Shown in pieces: positions 1 through 6,007 of a stretch of DNA of 9,116 bases. The notes under the pieces are model-generated. The model ran no database searches and was not told where the DNA came from. It saw only the letters and a list, made by a program, of their open reading frames with translations. The DNA is taken from IMG/VR virus record IMGVR_UViG_2778261031_000001, positions 1 to 9,116 of that record. One strand, written 5' to 3'. Every line of letters begins with the position of its first letter. Position 1 is the first letter of the stretch. This DNA is from a virus (taxonomy: Duplodnaviria; Heunggongvirae; Uroviricota; Caudoviricetes). The position numbers were made by a program, and so were the translations under genes.

Positions 1-110
1 TGCTTCCATCGGAAACGATGATCTGGCAGCCTGAGTTCACAGATAAAACACTCTCCAGGAAACCCGGGGCGGTTCAACTGTGTTGGCTTGCTGTAACTTG
101 CTTGTGTCAT
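1..110 (-). CDS. possible 5' end of a leftward early gene, partial (continues beyond window start)
   Basis: ATG at 110..108 (- strand) opens a frame with no stop through position 1 (MTQASYSKPTQLNRPGFPGECFICELRL...). It lies downstream of cro/nutR where cII or replication genes sit in lambdoid order. RBS is weak and the N-terminus does not resemble lambda CII. Confidence 0.25.
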   Translation of the reverse strand, partial: MTQASYSKPTQLNRPGFPGECFICELRLPDHRFRWK

Positions 111-148
111 TTCTTAATATTTCCAATAGTGAATAGTTAGTTGAAAGG

Positions 149-166
149 TATGCGTGGAAACGCATA
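149..166 (-). promoter_or_regulatory. perfect 7-bp stem / 4-nt loop hairpin between nutR and the next leftward gene (possible tR1-region element)
   Basis: TATGCGT-ggaa-ACGCATA inverted repeat on the + strand; no adjacent T-run, so not a classic intrinsic terminator. Confidence 0.3.
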
Positions 167-213
167 TGGCCTTGGTTGGTCAGATATTCTGGGATTCGCT
201 TTTCAGCGACGTA

Positions 214-241
214 GGACGAATGTCCGTTGTTACAAAGAGCG
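214..241 (-). promoter_or_regulatory. candidate nutR (boxA + boxB) directly after the cro stop
   Basis: - strand reads CGCTCTTTG (boxA-like, 241..233), TAACAAC, then GGACATTCGTCC hairpin (225..214), then TACGT. The same boxA-AACAAC-hairpin-TACGT layout recurs upstream of N at 2946..2973. Confidence 0.45.
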
Positions 242-248
242 GGGTTAC

Positions 249-476
249 TTATGCTGCCAAAAGGTTCTTTTTGCTTATTTCAAGCATTTCGCTTGCTTGA
301 TATTTGCCACCAGAAATCTCTTCGATTTTTGATGCATATTTCGTTTTCCCAAAAAACTCAGTCTTAGGGAGGAAGCCGTTTTTGAGCCACTTATAGACAG
401 CCCTTTCGCTAACTCCACAAGCCTTCGCAACTTCAGGGATGCCGACACCTTTAATCGGCTCATCAAGATTTTGCAT
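249..476 (-). CDS. cro: Cro-like HTH repressor (75 aa if started at 476; the ORF track start at 509 gives 86 aa)
   Basis: Small HTH protein (GIPEVAKACGVSERAVYKWL) divergent from the CI gene. ATG at 476 has SD AAGGA 7 nt upstream and leaves a 78-bp operator region; start at 509 would place the operator palindrome inside the coding sequence. Confidence 0.7.
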   Translation of the reverse strand: MQNLDEPIKGVGIPEVAKACGVSERAVYKWLKNGFLPKTEFFGKTKYASKIEEISGGKYQASEMLEISKKNLLAA

Positions 477-507
477 GTGGATATCCTTTTTCGTACTTTC
501 AGTACGC

Positions 508-535
508 ATTATGATTGAACTGAAAGTTTTTGCAA
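508..535 (-). promoter_or_regulatory. candidate pR (drives cro)
   Basis: - strand -35 TTGCAA (530..535), 16-bp spacer, -10 CATAAT (513..508). The 517..529 operator lies in the spacer and the 493..505 operator covers the predicted start site. Confidence 0.45.
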
Positions 536-541
536 GTGCTT

Positions 542-547
542 TAGTAT
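542..547 (+). promoter_or_regulatory. candidate pRM -10 element giving a leaderless cI transcript
   Basis: TAGTAT sits 7 nt upstream of the cI ATG (555), and no Shine-Dalgarno precedes that ATG, consistent with the leaderless cI mRNA known for lambda pRM. No good -35 (nearest TTGAAC is 21 bp upstream). Confidence 0.3.
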
Positions 548-554
548 CGTACTC

Positions 555-1262
555 ATGGTTCAGAATGAAAAAGTGCGCAAAGAATTCGCCCAGCGGCTAG
601 CGCAAGCCTGTAAAGAAGCTGGTCTTGATGAACATGGTAGGGGAATGGCCATAGCCCGCGCCCTTTCTCTTTCGTCCAAAGGCGTTAGCAAATGGTTTAA
701 CGCTGAGTCTTTACCACGTCAGGAAAAAATGAATGCGCTTGCGAAATTTCTAAACGTTGATGTTGTGTGGCTTCAGCACGGCACTTCGTTAAATGGAGCG
801 AATGATGAAGATACTCTTTCATTTGTTGGCAAATTAAAAAAAGGGTTAGTGCGCGTGGTTGGTGAGGCAATTCTTGGTGTTGATGGTGCCATCGAGATGA
901 CCGAAGAGCGCGATGGGTGGCTCAAGATTTATAGCGATGATCCAGATGCCTTTGGTCTTCGTGTGAAAGGAGACAGCATGTGGCCCAGAATAAAATCAGG
1001 AGAATATGTACTCATTGAGCCTAACACCAAAGTATTCCCGGGTGATGAGGTGTTTGTCAGAACCGTTGAAGGACACAACATGATCAAAGTTCTTGGCTAT
1101 GACAGAGACGGAGAATACCAGTTTACAAGCATCAACCAGGACCATAGGCCAATAACGTTGCCTTATCATCAAGTAGCAAAGGTGGAGTATGTAGCTGGTA
1201 TTCTGAAGCAATCTCGCCATCTGGATGACATCGAGGCAAGGGAGTGGCTGAAAAGTTCGTGA
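555..1262 (+). CDS. cI: CI-type prophage repressor: N-terminal HTH plus C-terminal LexA/S24 autopeptidase domain
   Basis: 235 aa. N-terminal HTH (GMAIARALSLSSKGVSKWFNAESLP); C-terminal GDSMWP serine motif with downstream lysine (HNMIKVLGY) typical of the S24 Ser-Lys dyad; divergent from cro with operators between. Confidence 0.9.
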   Translation: MVQNEKVRKEFAQRLAQACKEAGLDEHGRGMAIARALSLSSKGVSKWFNAESLPRQEKMNALAKFLNVDVVWLQHGTSLNGANDEDTLSFVGKLKKGLVRVVGEAILGVDGAIEMTEERDGWLKIYSDDPDAFGLRVKGDSMWPRIKSGEYVLIEPNTKVFPGDEVFVRTVEGHNMIKVLGYDRDGEYQFTSINQDHRPITLPYHQVAKVEYVAGILKQSRHLDDIEAREWLKSS

Positions 1263-1359
1263 CTTCATCGTCACATAGCTGATAGCCAGTGGCCTGAAGA
1301 GACGTTTGGGTGACAAGAAGCACAGGTATTAACAATAACTTTCATGGTGATACGAATCA

Positions 1360-1902
1360 GTGGCTAAAAAAGGCGACTTTAAGCCTACCCAGAAAGAGGT
1401 TGAACAAGCTATTACTCGCTTGAAAAAAGTAACTTTTAGCGGAGTTACATGGACCGGAAGTGAGGGACGAACCCCAATCTGGTTTAAATTGGATCTCAAA
1501 GCTTTTGATGAAATTGGCAACCCAATCACAGGCATAAGATTTATGCTTCACTGGCGTCCTCCTATCGTTGAAGGGGTGGATATAGTGAAGATTTCATTTG
1601 TGATGTTTCTTCATGACAGGCGCATTTACGCGCTTGACCCGTACCCTGCGGATAACAAGCCACACCGTAATAAATCTATAGTGAACCATCCAGATTTTGT
1701 TGAGGTGGCTCGAGGTCCTCACTATCACATGTACTTCGAATCAGCTGGGGAAGAAATTGCACTTAAGCTTGAAACGAACATCAAGCCAGATGATTTTTTT
1801 GGCTACTGGAATTATTTTTGCGAGGCGCTTAATATCATATATGAAGGCAGCCCACCTTTACCTAATCAAGATAAATCAGGTCAGCTATCATGGGAAATGT
1901 AA
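1360..1902 (+). CDS. uncharacterized protein A (180 aa), first gene of the cassette at the rexAB-equivalent position
   Basis: ORF begins with GTG at 1360 (GGTGA 9 nt upstream); same strand as cI. No transmembrane segment, no recognisable catalytic motif apart from a His-rich patch GPHYHMYFES. Appears lower in GC than the cI and Ea22-like genes. Confidence 0.7.
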   Translation: MAKKGDFKPTQKEVEQAITRLKKVTFSGVTWTGSEGRTPIWFKLDLKAFDEIGNPITGIRFMLHWRPPIVEGVDIVKISFVMFLHDRRIYALDPYPADNKPHRNKSIVNHPDFVEVARGPHYHMYFESAGEEIALKLETNIKPDDFFGYWNYFCEALNIIYEGSPPLPNQDKSGQLSWEM

Positions 1903-2666
1903 CGTGTTCAACAGTCATATCTAAGCTCGGGTTTGAATGCCACCCAATGAGCGACACGTTGCTGCGCGTTATTAGTCCCTTCACATACTACGATGATTGT
2001 GAGCAGATAAGTGTATTCGTTCAAGAGATGAGTGGTCAGTATAGGGTTACAGACTACTGCGATACATTGATGAATATTGAATCACGCGGCATCCACCTGA
2101 CTAAAAAGAAAATTGATCTGATCAGGTCATCACTCGCTTCGCAAGGAATTTCATTAAATGACTCTGGAGAGATATCTGCGTGGGCAGATGAGTCGTCCGT
2201 TGGACAGGTAACTGCAAATGTTATTCGTGGTGGGATTCTTGCATCCGCCCAAACTGCTGATTGGTATGCTGAGGTCAAAGACGATAAGTTCGAAAAATGT
2301 GTAATCAGTTACTTAAAATCAGCAGGGCTTGGGAAGCGACTAGCCTTAAAGGAAAAAGTGAAAGGTATTAGTGGGCATAACATTACTGTTCCGTTAACGC
2401 TAAGGAATGAGTCTCGACTAATACCACCAAAACGCGGGTTTACGGTAAGCCTTGCCAGCAGTAAGGGATGGAATACTGCCCACTCAACAGTTGGGAAGAT
2501 TGTTGACTTAAGTCAGGTCGTTCCTGACATAAACAATAGATTTGTAATAGTTGACAGCGATGGGTTAACACCTGAGCTACAGCAACTATCACTACTATTT
2601 AATGATACCGCACGAGTGTTGCCATTCCATACCAGAGACTCTTGGATTGAGTCTCTGGTAGCCTAG
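1890..2666 (+). CDS. uncharacterized protein B (258 aa; 239 aa if started at ATG 1947), second gene of the cassette
   Basis: ATG 1890 overlaps the stop of protein A (ATGGGAAATGTAA), suggesting translational coupling. Soluble, no family recognised. Followed directly by an intrinsic terminator. Confidence 0.7.
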   Translation: MGNVTCSTVISKLGFECHPMSDTLLRVISPFTYYDDCEQISVFVQEMSGQYRVTDYCDTLMNIESRGIHLTKKKIDLIRSSLASQGISLNDSGEISAWADESSVGQVTANVIRGGILASAQTADWYAEVKDDKFEKCVISYLKSAGLGKRLALKEKVKGISGHNITVPLTLRNESRLIPPKRGFTVSLASSKGWNTAHSTVGKIVDLSQVVPDINNRFVIVDSDGLTPELQQLSLLFNDTARVLPFHTRDSWIESLVA

Positions 2667-2670
2667 AAAA

Positions 2671-2698
2671 ACCCGGCCTCAGCGCCGGGTTTTCTTTG
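2671..2698 (+). terminator. rho-independent terminator ending the cI / accessory cassette unit
   Basis: ACCCGGC-ctcagc-GCCGGGT 7-bp GC-rich stem followed by TTTCTTTG; begins 5 nt after the protein B stop. Position matches lambda tImm. Confidence 0.75.
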
Positions 2699-2856
2699 CC
2701 TCACAGACTTAACAACCGCACATGTGGTAAACCGCAAACCAACACGCCAGCAAAATCATTCTTTCTCCACAACTGACCAGTCTTCAACCTTTACAAAAAT
2801 AAATTTCCTTATATATCAAAATCATATTTCGTAGAGTTAATAAATCACAAAATTTC

Positions 2857-2893
2857 GTACCAATAGTTCTTGATAATGTCGAACTATTAGTTC
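2857..2893. promoter_or_regulatory. oL operators: two 13-bp sites of the same family as oR
   Basis: GTACCAATAGTTC (2857..2869, 1 mismatch) and GAACTATTAGTTC (2881..2893, perfect palindrome); centres 24 bp apart. Confidence 0.55.
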
Positions 2894-2898
2894 ATTAT
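2870..2898 (+). promoter_or_regulatory. candidate pL
   Basis: -35 TTGATA (2870..2875), 17-bp spacer containing the perfect operator palindrome, -10 CATTAT (2893..2898); correctly placed upstream of nutL and N. Confidence 0.5.
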
Positions 2899-2945
2899 TA
2901 TCGCCATCAGCAGGAAGCTGGAAGCCAAACGGAACAGACTGGCAG

Positions 2946-2973
2946 GCTCTTTAAACAACGTCGAACACTCGAC
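2946..2973 (+). promoter_or_regulatory. candidate nutL (boxA + boxB)
   Basis: GCTCTTTAAACAA (close to the rrn/lambdoid boxA consensus) followed by GTCGA-acac-TCGAC hairpin and TACGT, about 120 nt upstream of N. Confidence 0.5.
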
Positions 2974-3089
2974 TACGTGGCTGAAAAGCCAGATCACCCA
3001 ACCACATAAGCTGTGGGATGCAATGCCGAAGCAACCGTCTCAGGAGGGGCTTCGAGATTGCATCGCCAAAGTTTATTCGGGAGGAATCT

Positions 3090-3362
3090 ATGTCCAGAAA
3101 AACAGAATTTAAAGGAACCGCAGCTTCTCGCCGTAGAGCTCGTCGTGCAAATCTGCAAAGTCAGGAGGCGATCAGCTCCGACAAGCTACACAGGCCAACC
3201 CCTTCACGAGTGGTCTTGCAATGCAAGCGCAAACCAGCAATGAGAGCAGAAGTGATAACTCTGACAACGTTGACCAGAAAATATGAAGGTTCAACTTGTC
3301 TTCCGAACGTAGCCATTTACGCGGCAGGCTATCGGAAATCAAAACAACTGACGGCGAGATGA
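3090..3362 (+). CDS. N: N-type transcription antiterminator, P22 gp24-like (90 aa)
   Basis: Arg-rich N-terminal motif (TAASRRRARRANLQ); C-terminus LPNVAIYAAGYRKSKQLTAR closely resembles the P22 gp24 C-terminus as I recall it. Strong RBS GGGAGG 5 nt before ATG 3090. The track's 3018 start is an unsupported upstream extension. Confidence 0.85.
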   Translation: MSRKTEFKGTAASRRRARRANLQSQEAISSDKLHRPTPSRVVLQCKRKPAMRAEVITLTTLTRKYEGSTCLPNVAIYAAGYRKSKQLTAR

Positions 3363-3426
3363 CTTGTGTTGGTCGCCAGAAGCAACGCGGAAAATCAATT
3401 CCAGCTTATTACGATTGAGGTGAGCC

Positions 3427-3564
3427 ATGCTCAAGAAAGTCAAACGCCGACTTTACAAAGAAGGTAGATATTCATGCCAGTTGCCAAAATGCGACACAAC
3501 AAAATGGAGTGTCGATGATTGGTGTAACTGGATAGATAGATACGGAACTTGGTGGGATAAATAA
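3427..3564 (+). CDS. small Cys/Trp-rich protein (45 aa), below the ORF-track length cutoff
   Basis: ATG 3427 preceded by TTGAGGTGAG (3415..3424). Translation MLKKVKRRLYKEGRYSCQLPKCDTTKWSVDDWCNWIDRYGTWWDK; the same 10-mer precedes the next gene. Confidence 0.4.
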   Translation: MLKKVKRRLYKEGRYSCQLPKCDTTKWSVDDWCNWIDRYGTWWDK

Positions 3565-3618
3565 CAGGTAACTTAAGCGTATTTACTTTCGCAGCAAACC
3601 AATTATTTGAGGTGAGAT

Positions 3619-4089
3619 ATGACAAAATCATGGAGCGTACCTTTTCCTGAATCAGAAACTGAACATGAGGGAATGCCTGTTTTCTGGAGATTCCAGGAGA
3701 CAGTTGAAGAAGATGGAATCAAAATATTCGCACTTCAATATATAGCTTTTCATCAGACAGAGCATTATGCATGGTTGGTTCCTGCGCATTGGATTGTTAA
3801 TTTTAAACCAACACCAAATCAGTGGTTACAGGAATGGAAACAAAAGAGAAATAGATATGCAATTAAGAAAGTAGCAAAAAATGCAGAAAGATCTTTTGCA
3901 TTCCCAACGAAGAAACTTGCCATTGAAAGTTTATTGCGCCGGAAGAAATACCATTTAATGATAATCAAACAAGATTTGGCTGTTGTATCAACTCTTGTTG
4001 ATGGGATGAAGAATATTGATACATCAACACCAGATATTGAATATAACTTTGGACACAACCAAGAAACAGAAAACTGGGTGTTTTATTAG
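3619..4089 (+). CDS. uncharacterized AT-rich accessory protein (156 aa)
   Basis: ATG 3619 preceded by TTGAGGTGAG (3607..3616). Markedly AT-rich compared with neighbours. Sits between N and cIII, the lambda ral/sieB/ea10 neighbourhood. Confidence 0.75.
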   Translation: MTKSWSVPFPESETEHEGMPVFWRFQETVEEDGIKIFALQYIAFHQTEHYAWLVPAHWIVNFKPTPNQWLQEWKQKRNRYAIKKVAKNAERSFAFPTKKLAIESLLRRKKYHLMIIKQDLAVVSTLVDGMKNIDTSTPDIEYNFGHNQETENWVFY

Positions 4090-4103
4090 TACGAATAAGC
4101 ACT

Positions 4104-4131
4104 GTGTATTCATTCCAACGAGTGAATACAC
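4104..4131 (+). promoter_or_regulatory. perfect 9-bp stem / 10-nt loop inverted repeat after the AT-rich gene
   Basis: GTGTATTCA-ttccaacgag-TGAATACAC; no T-run follows, so an RNA structure or protein-binding site rather than an intrinsic terminator. Confidence 0.3.
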
Positions 4132-4193
4132 GGAGCAATGTCGCTCGTAACTAAACAGGAGCCGACTTGTTCTGATTATTGGAAATCTTCTTT

Positions 4194-4217
4194 GCCCTCC
4201 AGTGTGAGGGCCTTTTT
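4194..4217 (+). terminator. rho-independent terminator inside the pL operon (tL-like)
   Basis: GCCCTC-cagtgtg-GAGGGC stem-loop followed by CTTTTT. Confidence 0.6.
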
Positions 4218-4279
4218 ATATGCATACCAATAACGCTTCACTAGAGGCGTTTTCGTTATGTATAAATAAGGAGCACACC

Positions 4280-4420
4280 ATGCAATATGCCATTGCAGGG
4301 TGGCCTGTTGCTGGCTGCCCTTCCGAATCTTTACTTGAACGAATCACCCGTAAATTACGTGACGGATGGAAACGCCTTATCGACATACTTAATCAGCCAG
4401 GAGTTCCCAAAAATGGATAA
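4280..4420 (+). CDS. cIII: CIII (protease inhibitor protecting CII), 46 aa
   Basis: MQYAIAGWPVAGCPSESLLERITRKLRDGWKRLIDILNQPGVPKNG matches lambda CIII as I recall it, minus the last ~8 residues. Strong RBS AAGGAG 6 nt before ATG 4280; the track's 4220 start is an unsupported extension. Confidence 0.85.
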   Translation: MQYAIAGWPVAGCPSESLLERITRKLRDGWKRLIDILNQPGVPKNG

Positions 4421-4526
4421 AACACTTATGGCTATCCAGACTAAATTCACTATCGCCACTTTTATTGGCGATGAAAAGATGTTTCGTGAGGCCATCGAAG
4501 CCTACAGAAAATGGAGGTCAAAATGA
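4413..4526 (+). CDS. kil: Kil-like host cell-division inhibitor (37 aa)
   Basis: MDKTLMAIQTKFTIATFIGDEKMFREAIEAYRKWRSK resembles lambda Kil from memory; immediately downstream of cIII as in lambda; SD AGGAG 9 nt upstream. Start overlaps the cIII 3' end by 8 nt. Confidence 0.75.
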   Translation: MDKTLMAIQTKFTIATFIGDEKMFREAIEAYRKWRSK

Positions 4527-4711
4527 TTCCGGTAGAACTGGCGAAAACTCCAGAATTAAGTCGATTAAAAAGAGAATATCACATTGCTGAGGCTCGTTAC
4601 TGGCGTAAAGCGGGAGATAAATCAAAGAAACAACTTTGTTTATGGCAGGCTCAAAGAGAGCGCATGAATGAGCGCGAGTTTCTTTCCTCCCCATCCGAAC
4701 TACCATTCTGA
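4523..4711 (+). CDS. hypothetical protein (62 aa)
   Basis: ATG 4523 overlaps the kil stop (ATGA) with GGAGG 5 nt upstream. Basic, helical-looking; no family recognised. Confidence 0.6.
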   Translation: MIPVELAKTPELSRLKREYHIAEARYWRKAGDKSKKQLCLWQAQRERMNEREFLSSPSELPF

Positions 4712-4719
4712 GGCAAATT

Positions 4720-5400
4720 ATGGGAACTGCGACATTAATACTCGGTGAGTCTGGCACCGGAAAATCAACCAGCATGAGAAATATCAATCCCGAGGAAGCA
4801 ATACTTATAAAACCAATAGGCAAGCCGCTACCATTTAAATCAAAAGAATGGCTGGCATGGGATGCCAGAGCAAAAAAAGGAACCGTAGTTACCACTGACA
4901 AATGGGACGTAATAGTTGCCGTAATTAAGCGTGCTCACGAATACGGGAAAAGAATCGTTATTGTTGATGACTTCCAGTATGTGATGAGCAATGAGTTTAT
5001 GCGCCGCTCAGAAGAAAAATCGTTTGATAAATTTACTGAGATAGGCCGCCACGCATGGGAGGTGATTAAGGCTGCACAGGATGCACCTGATGACCTGAGA
5101 GTCTATTTTCTTGCACACACCGAAGAAACCCCTATGGGGCGCGTGAAAATGAAAACTATCGGCAAAATGCTGGACGAGAAAATCACTGTCGAAGGCATGT
5201 TTACTATAGTTCTTCGCACCCTTACCCGTGATGACCAGTTCTTTTTCACCACAAAAAACAACGGTGCAGACACTGTTAAATCCCCAATGGGAATGTTTGA
5301 CTCCAATGAGATTGATAACGATCTCTCTTTCGTCGATGCCACTGTTTGTGATTACTACGGCATCAATAATGTTCATCAAATTAAGGAAAACGCCGCATGA
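4720..5400 (+). CDS. P-loop NTPase, possibly Sak4-like (RecA/Rad51-core) recombination ATPase, 226 aa
   Basis: Walker A GESGTGKST near the N-terminus and Walker B RIVIVDDF. Size and position (where lambda has gam-bet-exo) are consistent with a Sak4/AAA_24-type protein; the family call is from memory. Confidence 0.8.
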   Translation: MGTATLILGESGTGKSTSMRNINPEEAILIKPIGKPLPFKSKEWLAWDARAKKGTVVTTDKWDVIVAVIKRAHEYGKRIVIVDDFQYVMSNEFMRRSEEKSFDKFTEIGRHAWEVIKAAQDAPDDLRVYFLAHTEETPMGRVKMKTIGKMLDEKITVEGMFTIVLRTLTRDDQFFFTTKNNGADTVKSPMGMFDSNEIDNDLSFVDATVCDYYGINNVHQIKENAA

Positions 5401-5984
5401 GCAACGTAATTTTTACTTATAACGAAGAAGCAGCACTGACCGCAGGGCAAGGTGGTTTTATTAACGAAACTGGCGCTCATATCATTACCATTACTGAAGC
5501 AGAACTAAAGCAATCAGAAAAAGGAGCCAAATTTATTGAGTTTTCTGGCGAATCCGACGACGGACGTAAAATCCAATATCTTAGCGTCTGTGTTCAGAAA
5601 AATGACGGAACGGAAAATAAATTTGGCGCAAATGTCGTCCACGCCATGATGGGGTGTGCCGGGATTGGACAATTAACGCAACATATGGTTTCCGCCAGTA
5701 AATTTGTTGCTCCTGAATTTCATGGAAAGAAAATCGGGTTAGTGCTCCAGAAAGTATTAACCACAAACAAAAAGACTGGCGCAGACAGCTACCAGATGGA
5801 AATACGCATCCCGTTTATTGCACAAACAGGTCAAACCCTTAAAGAAAAGGCGGAAGGCAAGCAACCAGAAACTATCGCCAACATGGTTGCCAGCCTCAAA
5901 GATAAAGACAATCGCTCTAAAAACGTAAGCCAGAATCATGCAGATGATTATGGTTACAGCCAGAACGATTACCCTCCTTTCTGA
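5397..5984 (+). CDS. hypothetical protein (195 aa), possible ssDNA-binding partner of the ATPase
   Basis: ATGA overlap with the ATPase gene. C-terminal tail ...DDYGYSQNDYPPF is reminiscent of the acidic ...DDDIPF SSB tail; Sak4-type genes are typically adjacent to an SSB-like gene. Function is inference only. Confidence 0.75.
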   Translation: MSNVIFTYNEEAALTAGQGGFINETGAHIITITEAELKQSEKGAKFIEFSGESDDGRKIQYLSVCVQKNDGTENKFGANVVHAMMGCAGIGQLTQHMVSASKFVAPEFHGKKIGLVLQKVLTTNKKTGADSYQMEIRIPFIAQTGQTLKEKAEGKQPETIANMVASLKDKDNRSKNVSQNHADDYGYSQNDYPPF

Positions 5985-6007
5985 TTACTGAAAATAAGGC
6001 TCCCATT

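Larger units (their letters stand above)
493..561. promoter_or_regulatory. oR operator cluster: three 13-bp sites matching G(A/T)ACT-N3-AGT(A/T)C
   Basis: GTACTTTCAGTAC (493..505, perfect palindrome), GAACTGAAAGTTT (517..529, 1 mismatch), GTACTCATGGTTC (549..561, 1 mismatch, overlaps the cI ATG). Centres of the first two are 24 bp apart, as for lambda OR1/OR2. Confidence 0.55.

Noticed and set aside
141-332. 63-aa + strand ORF
   Set aside because: Overlaps the cro 3' end and the nutR element on the opposite strand; no RBS; implausible in the compact immunity region.
275-466. 63-aa - strand ORF in an alternative frame inside cro
   Set aside because: Entirely nested in the better-supported cro frame (HTH motif, SD, operator context).
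477-509. Longer cro start at 509 (86 aa, as in the ORF track)
   Set aside because: Leaves only 45 bp between cro and cI and puts the perfect operator palindrome inside the coding sequence; ATG 476 has a proper SD and leaves a 78-bp operator region.
996-1551. Several - strand ORFs (996..1316, 1132..1335, 1329..1535, 1357..1551)
   Set aside because: Antisense to the CI gene and protein A, with no RBS or coupling; typical shadow ORFs.
1697-2278. ORFs 1697..1924 (+) and 2054..2278 (-)
   Set aside because: Alternative-frame or antisense ORFs nested in the two cassette genes.
1360-2666. Possibility that the cassette is RexA/RexB
   Set aside because: No multi-pass membrane protein (RexB is), gene sizes and order differ, and no sequence resemblance I can recognise; treated as a distinct uncharacterized system.
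3013-3243. 76-aa + ORF and the 3018 upstream extension of N
   Set aside because: Alternative frame overlapping N; the N start at 3090 has a strong RBS and gives the expected Arg-rich N-terminus.
3440-3631. 63-aa - strand ORF
   Set aside because: Antisense to the SD-supported 45-aa ORF and runs into the RBS of the 156-aa gene; no RBS of its own.
4220-4413. N-terminal extensions of cIII (from 4220) and of kil (from 4287)
   Set aside because: The extension upstream of cIII overlaps the terminator and lacks an RBS; the extension upstream of kil is an out-of-frame read through cIII. The internal ATGs have strong SD sequences and give products matching lambda CIII and Kil.
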